A stretch of DNA of 64,000 nucleotides from an uncultured Nitrospiraceae bacterium (GTDB lineage: Bacteria > Nitrospirota > Nitrospiria > Nitrospirales > Nitrospiraceae): the NCBI GenBank assembly GCA_963846575.1, contig CAWJWJ010000002.1, positions 1,088,001 through 1,152,000 on the forward strand, written 5' to 3'. A model generated the notes under the pieces. It worked only from the letters and a program-made list of their open reading frames with translations. It was not told where the DNA came from and ran no database searches. The position numbers and the translations under genes were made by a program. The number at the start of each line of letters is the position of its first letter. Position 1 is the first letter of the stretch. Shown piece by piece: positions 48,086 through 58,065 of this stretch.

Positions 48086-51000
48086 TCACGTCTCGTAATC
48101 CGCCGTTCCCGGTCGTTCCCGTCCCGCCAGACGGGAATACAGGGCCGGCAGAATCAGGAGCGTCAGAATGGTCGCCGTGACGAGCCCCCCGATCACGACG
48201 GTGGCCAGGGGCCGTTGCACCTCCGCGCCCGTGCTCGTCGCCAGCGCCATGGGAAGAAATCCCAGACTGGCCACAAGCGCGGTCATGAGCACCGGCCGCA
48301 AGCGATCCATTGTGCCGTGATACAGGGCCTCATCCGTCGGCAGCCCCTCATCTTCCAGGTGACGGATGTGGCTGACCAGCACGACCGCGTTTAACACGGC
48401 AATGCCGAACAGGGCGATAAAGCCGATGATCGCGGAGATGCTGAGCGGAAGGCCCCGCAGCCACAGAGCCAGGATGCCGCCGGACAGGGCCAGTGGGACG
48501 TTGAGGAAAATCAGGAGGGCCGGGCGCATCGAGCCGAAGATCACCGACAGCACCCCGAGAATCAGGAGCAGTGTGACCGGCACGATCGCTGCCAATCGCC
48601 AAGCGGCTTCCTGCAAATGCTCATATTGTCCGCCCCAGATCAGTTCATACCCGGCCGGGAGCGTGACCGCCCGGGCCACCGCCTGCTGAGCCTCGGCGAC
48701 GAAGCCGCCCAGATCCCGCCCTCGAATATTGCATTCCACCACGATGCGTCGTTGCACATGTTCCCGGCTGATCTGCGCCGGGCCTGAATCGATCACGATC
48801 GTGGTGACGCGCGAGAGCGGCACGAGTTCACCGTGCATGGCCGGGATCAGAAGATTGCCCAGCATGCCGGGATCCCGGGAGGCGCGGTCGGTGAACCGTA
48901 CGACCAGTTCGAACCGCCGTGCGCCCTGGACCACGGTGCCCACAACCGTGCCGGCCCGGGTGGTTTGGACGAGTCTGAGGACGTCTTCGGCCGTGAGACC
49001 GTATCGCGCGATTTCTGCGCGATCGACAATGACGCGCAGGAGCGGCAATCCGGCCACCTGCTCAACCTTGACGTCCGCCGCGCCCGGTACGGCCTGAAGG
49101 GCCCGCGCGGCGCGGTCGGCCTGCTGTTTGAGCAGGTCCAGATCGGGGCCGAAGATCTTGACCGCGAGATCCGATCGCACGCCGGCAATCAGTTCATTGA
49201 AGCGCATCTCGATAGGTTGCGTGAATCCCAGGCCGACGCCCGGTACCTGCTCCAGGAGGGCATTCTTCATCACCTCGATCAGGCCGTCGCGATCTGCGGC
49301 TGTGACCCAGTCGCGTTGAGGTGTGAGGATGACGAAGACATCCGACAGTTCGACACCCATCACATCTGTCGCGACTTCCGGACTGCCGGTACGGGTGACC
49401 ACCTGGGTGACTTCCGGAAAACGGCGCAGCACCCGCTCGATCTCGAGCGCCGTGGTGACGGACTCCGTCAGCGAGATGCTGGGGAGTCGCCAGACCTGCA
49501 CCGCGAGGTCACCTTCCTCGAGACGGGGGACGAACTCGATGCCGAGCCTGGTTCCCGCCGCCAGACTGAGAGCGAAGAGGAGCAGGCTCGCCACAACGGG
49601 CCAGACCGGCCGGGCCACGGCCCATCGCAGGCAGGGGGCATAGAGGTTCCGGAGCAGGCGGAGGAGCCGCGTCTCCTCATGCTGTGGCCGGACCCGCACG
49701 AACCAGAATGACAGTAACGGGGTGACCGCGACGGCGAAGAGCAGGGATCCGGCCAGGGCCATGATGACCGTCAGGGCCATCGGTCTGAACATCTTCCCTT
49801 CGATGCCGGTCAGCGCGAGGATGGGCACGTAGACCAAAATGATAATGCCGACGGCGAGCGTCATCGGTCGCAGCACCTCCCGCCCGGCCGCGAGCACCAC
49901 TGCCAGCCGCTCCTCGCGATTGCCGGGCGGTCGGAGCGCCAGGCGGCGAAGGATATTATCGATCATCACGACGGACCCGTCGACCAGGAGGCCGAAGTCG
50001 ATGGCGCCCAGGCTCATGAGGTTGCCGGAAATATTCGCCTGCATCATGCCGGTAAAAGCGATCAACATTGAGAGAGGGATGGCCGAGGCCACGATGAGGC
50101 CGGCCCGCAGATCGCCGAGAAACAGAAAGAGTACGGCGACCACCAGCAGGCCGCCTTCGACAAGATTGTTACGCACGGTGGTCATGACGTGAGAAACGAA
50201 GCGCGTACGATCGTAGTAGGGCTCGATCGTGACGCCGGCCGGCAGGCCGGCTTGAATCTCCCGCACGCGCGTCTTGACGCGACTGACCACCTCCTGCGCA
50301 TTCTCGCCGGCGAGCATCTGCACCATGCCGATCACGGTTTCGCCCTCGCCCATGGCCGTGGCGGCGCCGATCCTGAGGGCGGAGCCCTCCGTGACCTCGG
50401 CCAGATCCTCAATGTAGACCGGAACCCCGCCAGGACCGTGCGCGACCACGATGCGGGCCAGGTCGCTCGCGCTCGTGGCCAGGGCTTCGCCCCGGATCAA
50501 AAGCTGCTCGCGCCGGTGTTCGATATACCCGCCGCCGACGATGGCGTTGTTCCGCTGCAAGGCCTCGAAGATTTGTTTCAAGGACAATCGATAGGACAGC
50601 AACTTCGAGGGGTCCACGACCACATGGAATTGTTGCGGCTCGCCTCCCCAGATGTTGACCTCGACGACGCCCGGCACCGCGCGCAGCTTCATCCCGATGT
50701 CCCATTGCAGCAGGGTTCTCAACGCCATGGGGCCATAGCCCGGGCCTTTGACGGTGAACTGATAGACCTCTCCGAGACCGGTCGTCAGGGGACCCATGAC
50801 CGGTCTGCCATACTCCTCCGGGATGCGTTCCATGGCCTGGGCCAACCGCTCCGCGACGAATTGCCTGGCGCGATAGATGTCGGTCCGTTCATCGAAAATA
50901 GCGGTGACGACGGAGAGGCCATACCGTGAGACCGACCGCAGTTCCTGCAAAGCCGGTAGGCCGTTCAGGGAGGCCTCGATCGGAAAGGTTATGAACTGCT

Positions 51001-51181
51001 CGACCTCGATCGGCCCCAGCGCCGGCGCGCGGGTGAGAATTTGCACCTGGACCGGCGTCAGGTCCGGGACAGCGTCGATTGTGAGATGGGCGAAGGACCA
51101 GAAGCCGGAGGCCATCACCAGCGCGATGGCCACCAGCGTAAAAAAACGATAATGAAGGGAGAAGGTCAGCAGGCGTTCCAT
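48086..51181 (-). CDS. czcA: Heavy-metal efflux RND permease (CzcA/CusA family)
   Basis: IDAVPDL, NLMSLGAIDFG, IEGKMFRPMA, FTQPIEMRFNELIAGVRSD, RLRPVLMTA, EVQRPLATVVIGG. Confidence 0.95.
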   Translation of the reverse strand: MERLLTFSLHYRFFTLVAIALVMASGFWSFAHLTIDAVPDLTPVQVQILTRAPALGPIEVEQFITFPIEASLNGLPALQELRSVSRYGLSVVTAIFDERTDIYRARQFVAERLAQAMERIPEEYGRPVMGPLTTGLGEVYQFTVKGPGYGPMALRTLLQWDIGMKLRAVPGVVEVNIWGGEPQQFHVVVDPSKLLSYRLSLKQIFEALQRNNAIVGGGYIEHRREQLLIRGEALATSASDLARIVVAHGPGGVPVYIEDLAEVTEGSALRIGAATAMGEGETVIGMVQMLAGENAQEVVSRVKTRVREIQAGLPAGVTIEPYYDRTRFVSHVMTTVRNNLVEGGLLVVAVLFLFLGDLRAGLIVASAIPLSMLIAFTGMMQANISGNLMSLGAIDFGLLVDGSVVMIDNILRRLALRPPGNREERLAVVLAAGREVLRPMTLAVGIIILVYVPILALTGIEGKMFRPMALTVIMALAGSLLFAVAVTPLLSFWFVRVRPQHEETRLLRLLRNLYAPCLRWAVARPVWPVVASLLLFALSLAAGTRLGIEFVPRLEEGDLAVQVWRLPSISLTESVTTALEIERVLRRFPEVTQVVTRTGSPEVATDVMGVELSDVFVILTPQRDWVTAADRDGLIEVMKNALLEQVPGVGLGFTQPIEMRFNELIAGVRSDLAVKIFGPDLDLLKQQADRAARALQAVPGAADVKVEQVAGLPLLRVIVDRAEIARYGLTAEDVLRLVQTTRAGTVVGTVVQGARRFELVVRFTDRASRDPGMLGNLLIPAMHGELVPLSRVTTIVIDSGPAQISREHVQRRIVVECNIRGRDLGGFVAEAQQAVARAVTLPAGYELIWGGQYEHLQEAAWRLAAIVPVTLLLILGVLSVIFGSMRPALLIFLNVPLALSGGILALWLRGLPLSISAIIGFIALFGIAVLNAVVLVSHIRHLEDEGLPTDEALYHGTMDRLRPVLMTALVASLGFLPMALATSTGAEVQRPLATVVIGGLVTATILTLLILPALYSRLAGRERPGTADYET

Positions 51182-51188
51182 GCGAGCC

Positions 51189-52361
51189 TCAGTCACCCGA
51201 TCCGATGTGCTCCTTGAGGAGCACGTTTTTGAGATCGAAGACGCCGTCAACGACGACCTGGTCTCCGACCGAGAGCCCCTGCCGGATCTCCGCCCACCCG
51301 CCGCCCTCACGCCCCGCCTCTACCGGTACGAAGGCATATCCGTCAGCCCTGGCGACGAAGACGCCCCTGGTCCGGTCCACGGTCGTGAGCGCGGACAGCG
51401 GGATCGCGAGCAGGGGCGGGCTGGCGTGGATGAGCGCCACCTCGACGTATTCATGTGGCTTCAGGTGTCCCCCCGGATTGGCGACTTCAAACCGCACGCG
51501 GATGGTGCGGGTGGTTTCATCGGCCATCGGTGCGATGTAGGTCAGGGGAGCGGTCATGGGATCACCTCCCTTGGGCGTGATTGTTCCCGTATCCCCCTCC
51601 TTGAAGTTTCGAGCCTGCTCGATCGGCAGGCTCGCGAACACCCAGACCCGGCTGGTATCGACGACCTCGAAGAGTTCGTCTCCCGGCGCGACGCCCTGTC
51701 CGCGCACGGCGTTCTGAGTGACCAGCCTGCCTGCGATCGGCGCGGTCAGCGTATATTGATGGCCCTTGTCATGCCGTCCCTGCTCGATCTGCTTGAGTTC
51801 GACGGTCGGAATCCCCATGTTCAGGAGTTTCTCGCGGACATGTTGGAAGCGCGCCTGGGTTTCGAGATACCGGCCTTTGGCATCGATCAGTTTCTGTTCC
51901 GTGACGATGTCGTCGGCACGGAGTTTTTCCGTCCGGCGGAAGCTGTTTTCAGCGACATCGGCCTGGGCCTTGCCGACCAGGTACTCTTCGATCAACTGAT
52001 CGAGTTGGAGGCTGCTGATCGCGACGAGTGGCTGGCCGCGCGTGACCCGATCCCCCAGTTGCACATGCATCTGTTCCACCTGGCCGGCGATGCGGGAGGT
52101 GATCTTGGCGACCTGTGCAAGATCAAGCGCGACTTCGCCGGGCGCGGCGATTCGTTCCGGGATCGATCGCAGGGAGGCGCTCTGAACCTGCAGCCGGTCG
52201 CGGACGGCCGCAGACGGATGGATCGACGCAACCTCGCGCGCCGCCGGTTGGGTTTCCATGGACGGCGTCGGTTTGGGCGGTTCGGCGCCCTGATCGCGAC
52301 AGCCGGGCAGCAGCAGCGCGGTAACGACGAGAGGAACCATCAGCCGCGCGGGAGGGTTCAT
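51189..52361 (-). CDS. czcB: RND periplasmic adaptor lipoprotein (CzcB family)
   Basis: Lipobox LPGC, biotinyl-like GDRV..GQPL, APIAG, TRT..VR. Confidence 0.9.
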   Translation of the reverse strand: MNPPARLMVPLVVTALLLPGCRDQGAEPPKPTPSMETQPAAREVASIHPSAAVRDRLQVQSASLRSIPERIAAPGEVALDLAQVAKITSRIAGQVEQMHVQLGDRVTRGQPLVAISSLQLDQLIEEYLVGKAQADVAENSFRRTEKLRADDIVTEQKLIDAKGRYLETQARFQHVREKLLNMGIPTVELKQIEQGRHDKGHQYTLTAPIAGRLVTQNAVRGQGVAPGDELFEVVDTSRVWVFASLPIEQARNFKEGDTGTITPKGGDPMTAPLTYIAPMADETTRTIRVRFEVANPGGHLKPHEYVEVALIHASPPLLAIPLSALTTVDRTRGVFVARADGYAFVPVEAGREGGGWAEIRQGLSVGDQVVVDGVFDLKNVLLKEHIGSGD

Positions 52362-53614
52362 AACGAGACCCCCAGCGAGCGTTCCAACCGGGCGAGGGCG
52401 ATCGACAGATCGGCCCGTGCCTGGACATATTCCAGTAAGGTCTGCCGGAAGACCCGCTGTGCATCCAGCACATCGAGCAGACTCGCCGCGCCATGCCGGA
52501 AGCTGGTGCGGGCCACGGTCACGGTCTGTTCGGCCTGCTTCAGCAATCCGGTTTCGAAGACCTGCAGTTGATCCTCCGCCGTGCGCACGTCCTGCGCATA
52601 TTGGGTGATGGCCTGCTCCAGTTCGGTCTGCGCCCGTCGGCGCTCCGCGTCGGCGCGGAGTTTCGCCCCGAGTGCCGTCTGGATTTCTCCCTGCCGCCGA
52701 TACCAGAGCGGCAGCGGCACGCTGAGCCCCGCAACGACCGATTCATCTCCCGCCTCCCGGTGATAACTCCCGATGAGGCTGATGTTCGGCACCCGCGCTT
52801 CCCGTTCGAAGCGCAGGGTATGTTCGGCCTGTTCCGCCAGTTTGCTTTGGCGCCGGACGGCCGGGTGTTGCTCCAGGACCTGGGTGAGCGTCGCGTCCAC
52901 GCTCACGACCGTTGTGGGAGTGTGGAAGTCGCCTTGAATGGCAAACTGCTTGCCGAGTGAGCCGGCGGTGAGCGCGTTCAGGCGGCCCTTCGCAACCACC
53001 AGGCTGTTCGTGGCGCGCGCGACCTCTTTTTGTGCCTTCTGGACTTCGACGGTGGATTTCATGCGGTCGAATGAGGTGGCTTCACCCGCTGCGATCCGGG
53101 CGTTCACGGTCTTTAAAACCTCCTCGACCGCGCTGACGTTTTGCGCCGCCAGTTCCACGTCACGCTGGGCGAAGAGCAGCTGGTAGAAAGCGACCTTCAC
53201 GTCGGCCTGCAACGCCAGGCGCTGATCTTCCACCTCGGCGTTCGCGCCAGCCACGCCGGCATTGGCCGCGTCCTGTCGAGCCTGCCTCTTGCCCGTCCAT
53301 TCCAGTGGTTGTTCGACGATCACGGTGCGTTCGGTGACTCGTACCCCGGTGCTCGGGTCGCGGATGGCTCCTCGTCCGGCGCTGCCTGAGAGCGACGGAT
53401 TCGGGTAGGCGCCTGCGGCAATCTGTTGGCCATGACGCTGTTTCAGCAACCCTTCGGCGCCGGCCAGGGCGGGATTATGCTGAACGGCCAATGCCAGGAT
53501 GTCGGGGAGCGAATCGGCCGCGGCACGTGGTTCATCGGCGAGAGCGGCGGCCTGTTGGCCAAGGCAAACGAGCGTGCCTGCCAGACACAGTGAAGCGAGG
53601 GTACGGGCAATCAT
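52358..53614 (-). CDS. czcC: TolC-family outer membrane efflux protein (CzcC-like)
   Basis: Signal peptide, YPNP, PLPLW.RRQGEI, G..SLLDVLDAQR. Confidence 0.9.
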   Translation of the reverse strand: MIARTLASLCLAGTLVCLGQQAAALADEPRAAADSLPDILALAVQHNPALAGAEGLLKQRHGQQIAAGAYPNPSLSGSAGRGAIRDPSTGVRVTERTVIVEQPLEWTGKRQARQDAANAGVAGANAEVEDQRLALQADVKVAFYQLLFAQRDVELAAQNVSAVEEVLKTVNARIAAGEATSFDRMKSTVEVQKAQKEVARATNSLVVAKGRLNALTAGSLGKQFAIQGDFHTPTTVVSVDATLTQVLEQHPAVRRQSKLAEQAEHTLRFEREARVPNISLIGSYHREAGDESVVAGLSVPLPLWYRRQGEIQTALGAKLRADAERRRAQTELEQAITQYAQDVRTAEDQLQVFETGLLKQAEQTVTVARTSFRHGAASLLDVLDAQRVFRQTLLEYVQARADLSIALARLERSLGVSL

Positions 53615-53719
53615 GTGGCACCTCCTCCTTCGCAAACCTCCCGGCCGCAGGAACGACCTGTTGCTGCCGATCAGTGGTTCACGATCCTATGATGGAAAGA
53701 AATTGACCGGGAACGGACG

Positions 53720-54196
53720 TTACCCAAGCGAAGGGGAGGGCGGGGCACGTGCAGGAATCTCGTGAACGACGAGCCCCGGGCACGGGGTCGAGGCGTCTTC
53801 CTCTTCCGTCAGATCCGGACGGGGCGGAGGCGGCAGTCCCAAGTGACTGAGAAAGATGAGATGGATCAGTCCGGGCTTGAAGCACTTACGATCGGGCGAA
53901 TTATGCAGCAGGGAGAAACCAAACTCCGGGTCAGCCGTCAAGGGATGCAGGCTGCCGCTCGACAGCGGGAGCCCGGCGTCCGGATCCATCGTAGCCGGAA
54001 CCTGGTCGTGATGATGGCCGAATTCACCATCGAGATCGGCGGAAAAAACCGTATGCACGGCTGCGGCATGCACATGGACGGCCTGGCCGTGATGCGGATC
54101 GATCTCCGGATGGATGTGGAAAAGAGGGATTGCGATCAGCCACAGGATGGCCCAGGCGCGGAGCAGGGGGTGTCGTTTCAACGTCGGATGGTGCAT
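53720..54196 (-). CDS. His-rich exported protein upstream of czcCBA
   Basis: HIHPEIDPHHGQAVHVH, HHH, C-terminal RAPP motif. Confidence 0.65.
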   Translation of the reverse strand: MHHPTLKRHPLLRAWAILWLIAIPLFHIHPEIDPHHGQAVHVHAAAVHTVFSADLDGEFGHHHDQVPATMDPDAGLPLSSGSLHPLTADPEFGFSLLHNSPDRKCFKPGLIHLIFLSHLGLPPPPRPDLTEEEDASTPCPGLVVHEIPARAPPSPSLG

Positions 54197-54383
54197 GGAT
54201 GCCCGGCCCAGGGTTATCGACGTGACGCTACCACAGGGAGTCGACCACATCAAGAAGCCCCGGGTACAGGGAAGCGCGTCAGATCTGTCTCCTCAGTCGC
54301 GCCCGTCATCTGCGGAACGTGATGGATGAGCGCTTCCATGGTCAGCTCCTCCGGTAGGGCGATGAGGAGGGAATCGGGGGCCT

Positions 54384-54425
54384 AAAAAAGAGCGGGGGAG
54401 AAATAACCGAGGCTACTTCTCCCCC
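54384..54425 (-). terminator. Rho-independent terminator
   Basis: Minus strand GGGGGAGAA...TTCTCCCCC stem followed by a T-run. Confidence 0.65.
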
Positions 54426-54446
54426 TGGTCACGAAACAGTCGGGGT

Positions 54447-55616
54447 TTACCGACGGTTGTCCTCCCGGATGGTGCCGTCCATCGCGTTGGTGTGCGGATC
54501 GCGAGGCTGTCCCCGGTTGATGGACTGATTCTCACAGCCCCCGCCGAGGCAGTCGGGGTTGTTGATTCCACTCCCCGTCGTGGAGCCTGCGGTGTCCGCC
54601 CGGCGAGGAATTTGAACAGGCTGACCATCGTTGATCGCAACCTGGTTCGCGAGCAGCACCGGGTAGTTGCCGACTTGAACGACCCGGCCGTCGGCCACGA
54701 TTCGATCACCGGGTGCCGCTTTGCTGACACCAGGCGCGGTCATGTCCTGACCCAAATCAACGATCGCGAAACGTCCATCCGAAGTCTGGACCGCTGCGGT
54801 GCGATGCATTTCCGAACCGCGGTTCGTGCGGACGTCGCGGAATTGCTGAATGCGGCCTTCGATCTGCCGGTTGTCGGCCGACGACGTCCCGGCCATGCGA
54901 TGAAGGTTCGCACGGTTGACGCCCGATTTGACTTGCTCAGCCATCAGGACTGAGTACTGGCCCACCTCTTCCCATTGCCCTCCCACCTGGATCTGGTCCC
55001 CCTTCGCGAGTGCCATGTCCAAGGTACGCCGGTTCGGACCCAGGTCCGTGATGACTGGCCGTCCGTCGGTCGTCTTGATGAGAGCTACCGTGTTTTGGTC
55101 ACCGGTGGTCCGGTTTCGCACTTGTTTGGTTGAGGTCACGGTTCCCCTCACGACATGATCGTTGTGAGCGGTAGAGGAACTGGTCATCCTTGAGGTCCGG
55201 GCATCCGGCATCCCGTAGTTCGGATCCCGCTGATCGTAAAACCACGGTTCGTCATAATATTGTTGAAAGGCGGACATCTGCTCCGTGCGAGTCTGCGAGC
55301 GGTTCATATTCCAGGGATGCGCAGCGTCCGACGACCCTGTGTCATCGCCATAGGACGTGGGTGTTGCATTTCTGTTGTTGGTGCGGCTGGCATCGGGACT
55401 GTCGTAAAAATCGTAATACCAGTTATCGGTTTTATATGGATCCTCGTAAAACCCGCCGGTCAGATCGCTGTTGCGCATGCGTGTTCCGTCACTGGCGGTG
55501 GTGTCGGAACTGCCGATGGTCCGAGGCTGTTCAGCAAAGAGGGTGGTCCCGCCCAGGAGTCCCACTCCCAGGACAGCGGCGAGCAGCGCGGTCTGTGTAT
55601 GTTGTCGTTGTGGCAT
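54447..55616 (-). CDS. Secreted protein with Tyr/Asp motifs and two OB-fold-like repeats
   Basis: AAGGAGG SD, signal peptide, TDLGP / VDLGQ repeats. Confidence 0.82.
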   Translation of the reverse strand: MPQRQHTQTALLAAVLGVGLLGGTTLFAEQPRTIGSSDTTASDGTRMRNSDLTGGFYEDPYKTDNWYYDFYDSPDASRTNNRNATPTSYGDDTGSSDAAHPWNMNRSQTRTEQMSAFQQYYDEPWFYDQRDPNYGMPDARTSRMTSSSTAHNDHVVRGTVTSTKQVRNRTTGDQNTVALIKTTDGRPVITDLGPNRRTLDMALAKGDQIQVGGQWEEVGQYSVLMAEQVKSGVNRANLHRMAGTSSADNRQIEGRIQQFRDVRTNRGSEMHRTAAVQTSDGRFAIVDLGQDMTAPGVSKAAPGDRIVADGRVVQVGNYPVLLANQVAINDGQPVQIPRRADTAGSTTGSGINNPDCLGGGCENQSINRGQPRDPHTNAMDGTIREDNRR

Positions 55617-55879
55617 TGGTGCCTCCTTGAATGAGAGAAAGTAGGGAGTTGTTATGCTGATCGTGCAAGCGGGCTCTTAGGTTTCGCGATAACCCTTCCG
55701 GTCCCCACCCCCACTCTTAGCAAGACGCGCACCCTGGGAGCCGCACATGAATCAAGCGGGATATTATGGCGTTCTGCTTCACCTCTGCTTTCATGTTGCC
55801 ATCGTGCAGGGACAGCTTGTCTCCGGGCGGACAACCTGTCGAGAGGAAGTTCCTGCATGCCTCTGCCCGGGGGCTTTAC

Positions 55880-56224
55880 CTAGTGTCCGACTGCTCCCGT
55901 GACTCCACCGCCACCCGATCCCGGCTCGAAGCGTTTCTCCGGGGATCCGCTTTCACTGCCCGAAGACTTGTCATCCTCATGCTTGGATTTGCGGCCGGTG
56001 ACTTGGTCGTCCGTGCCAGGCGTTCCTGATGGCCCGGGTTTCTTGCCGTTGTCAGGCTGCTTGGTCGCTCCATCGGACGAGCCGGGATGTTTCCGACTGT
56101 CTTCCATCACCCGGGGCGTCGGCCCTTTCTTCGACTCTGCCGCGCCCGATGGTGCGATGGGCAGACCGATGAAGCCACCGACGAGGAACGCGATCGTGAC
56201 GGTCAAACATGTCCTTCCCTTCAT
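55880..56224 (-). CDS. Small secreted low-complexity protein
   Basis: GGGAGG SD, signal peptide, G/S/K/P-rich tail. Confidence 0.7.
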   Translation of the reverse strand: MKGRTCLTVTIAFLVGGFIGLPIAPSGAAESKKGPTPRVMEDSRKHPGSSDGATKQPDNGKKPGPSGTPGTDDQVTGRKSKHEDDKSSGSESGSPEKRFEPGSGGGGVTGAVGH

Positions 56225-56311
56225 ACTTCCTCCCTGTTGGTTAGATCATCAGATATGCGGCGTTGTAGATCGCGGCGTGACCGCAAGACCACCGGCAGAC
56301 ATACGCTTGAT

Positions 56312-56611
56312 CTAGGGCGTTGGACGGTCGGGGCTCTCCCTGGAGTACCGCAGATGGAAACCGTCGAACGGCCTCTTGAACAGGCTTCGTACCACATAGG
56401 GCATGATCACAAAGGTGCAGAGCAACGTCACCAGCGTAATGGGAACAAACGCCACCCACAGCGGGGGTCCCGAACGCGTGAGTTCGGGGAAGAGGTACAA
56501 CAGCAGTCCATTCATGGCGAAGATGAGCAACATGAAGCTCCCGACGGTGCGCCAGAAGACCGCCCATCCGAGGGACAGCGACTCACGATAGGTCGGTTCG
56601 ACAGAGTGCAT
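56312..56611 (-). CDS. Small two-TM membrane protein
   Basis: GGGAGG SD; two hydrophobic helices. Confidence 0.72.
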   Translation of the reverse strand: MHSVEPTYRESLSLGWAVFWRTVGSFMLLIFAMNGLLLYLFPELTRSGPPLWVAFVPITLVTLLCTFVIMPYVVRSLFKRPFDGFHLRYSRESPDRPTP

Positions 56612-56624
56612 GATGAGGTCCTCC

Positions 56625-58043
56625 CTACGGTGGCGGAACGGGGCTTGGCAAGGGCGGGGTCGGCCCCGGCAGGGGCGGTTCCGGTCGTGGATCAGGGGGA
56701 CGGGGGACGGGGTCCGTCGGTCCCGGCCCCGGCTTGGGCACCGGCGGGGGATCGGTCACGGTGCCGATAGGGACGGTCAGCCAGCCCGCCAATAGGAGCA
56801 GGAGTATTCCCCGAGCCGCTCGTGCGACGGTTGTATCCGGTTGACTGGTTTGCATAGGCGAGGCCATGGGTTCTGTCCTCTCTTCAGGAATGGCTTGCGG
56901 TGTCTGCTGATGTACAACGCGCCGCGCCTGTGAGACGTCCGCAGGGCGCGAGGCTCTGGCGACTGAGATAGGACTGTCCGCTACCGATGGAACAGGACGA
57001 TAATACAGGTCGAGCCAGGGGGCCATCTGAGCGCTCTTGTGCCGCGTCTGTTCCAGGCGAGCTAGAGCCAGCGAAGTCCATTTCACGAGTCTTTCCTCCC
57101 ATCGGGCCCACGCCGCCGTGTCCTTATTGGCGACCGTCATCAGCGTGTCGGGACGTATGCCCAAAGGAGCAAAACCGTGGCGGGCCATCAACCGGTTCAT
57201 GGTGGGCACCGTATATCCATACAAATAGGGAAAGCCCAGCAGATTGTTCCATGCCAGCGCCGCTGTGACCCATCCCTTCACCGGTTCCACGCATCGATGC
57301 TGCCAGGAGAGGAGCAGGCGGAATGCGGAGCCGTTCGGCACGCGGATGACCAATACGCCGTCCTCCCGCAACATCTGTCTCGCTGCCGCGAGCGTGGAGT
57401 CGGGATTCGGCAGTTGATCGAACGTATTCCAGATCGTCACGGCGTCGGCGGTCCCGGGTGCGACCGGGGCTTCCACGAGCGTGCCGGTAAAGACTTCCAG
57501 TTTCCGGTTCCGGCAGAAGGCAGCCACTTCCTTCCCCGGATCGACTCCCATCATCTTCCAGCCGCGTTCCCGGCCCGCCGCAAGAAAACCGCCGACAAAA
57601 CTGCCGACCTCGACGACAAAGGGCGCACTCGACGCATCCTCCCGCAGCCGGGCATCGAGCGCCTGCGCTTTGGACTGGGCCCATTCATGTTGGAGTGCGA
57701 ACTCCGACCGGAGGTGTTCTTCGCCATAACGGTCCGCGCTATAGGTTTCAGTGATGCTTCCTGCGGGAGGGCGCGGCGAACGACAGACTAATCCGCAGCC
57801 GCGACAGGCCACGATGTTGGTGCTGTACGATTGGGTGAATTCCGCACGGTCCTTCGGGGTCGACTCTTGCGGATGTTTCAAACGGCGGCGGTGAAAGCGG
57901 CGCAGATAGTCAAGCTGTTCGCGTAACTCCAGGGCGGAACAGAGCTCGTCTGCTTCAGATCCGCCACAGATATGACAAAAAAATCTGACGGAGACGACAG
58001 ATGGTTCCACCTTTGGATCCTCTGAAGTGTGAAGCATCGACAT
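56625..58043 (-). CDS. Class I SAM methyltransferase with Zn-binding N-terminus and in-frame TM/Pro-rich tail
   Basis: CHICGG...CRGCGL, VEVGSFVGGFL, GVDP, GVLVIRVPN; about 80-aa hydrophobic and Pro-rich extension. Confidence 0.82.
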   Translation of the reverse strand: MSMLHTSEDPKVEPSVVSVRFFCHICGGSEADELCSALELREQLDYLRRFHRRRLKHPQESTPKDRAEFTQSYSTNIVACRGCGLVCRSPRPPAGSITETYSADRYGEEHLRSEFALQHEWAQSKAQALDARLREDASSAPFVVEVGSFVGGFLAAGRERGWKMMGVDPGKEVAAFCRNRKLEVFTGTLVEAPVAPGTADAVTIWNTFDQLPNPDSTLAAARQMLREDGVLVIRVPNGSAFRLLLSWQHRCVEPVKGWVTAALAWNNLLGFPYLYGYTVPTMNRLMARHGFAPLGIRPDTLMTVANKDTAAWARWEERLVKWTSLALARLEQTRHKSAQMAPWLDLYYRPVPSVADSPISVARASRPADVSQARRVVHQQTPQAIPEERTEPMASPMQTSQPDTTVARAARGILLLLLAGWLTVPIGTVTDPPPVPKPGPGPTDPVPRPPDPRPEPPLPGPTPPLPSPVPPP

Positions 58044-58065
58044 CGGTCGATCCTTCCGAAACTCG

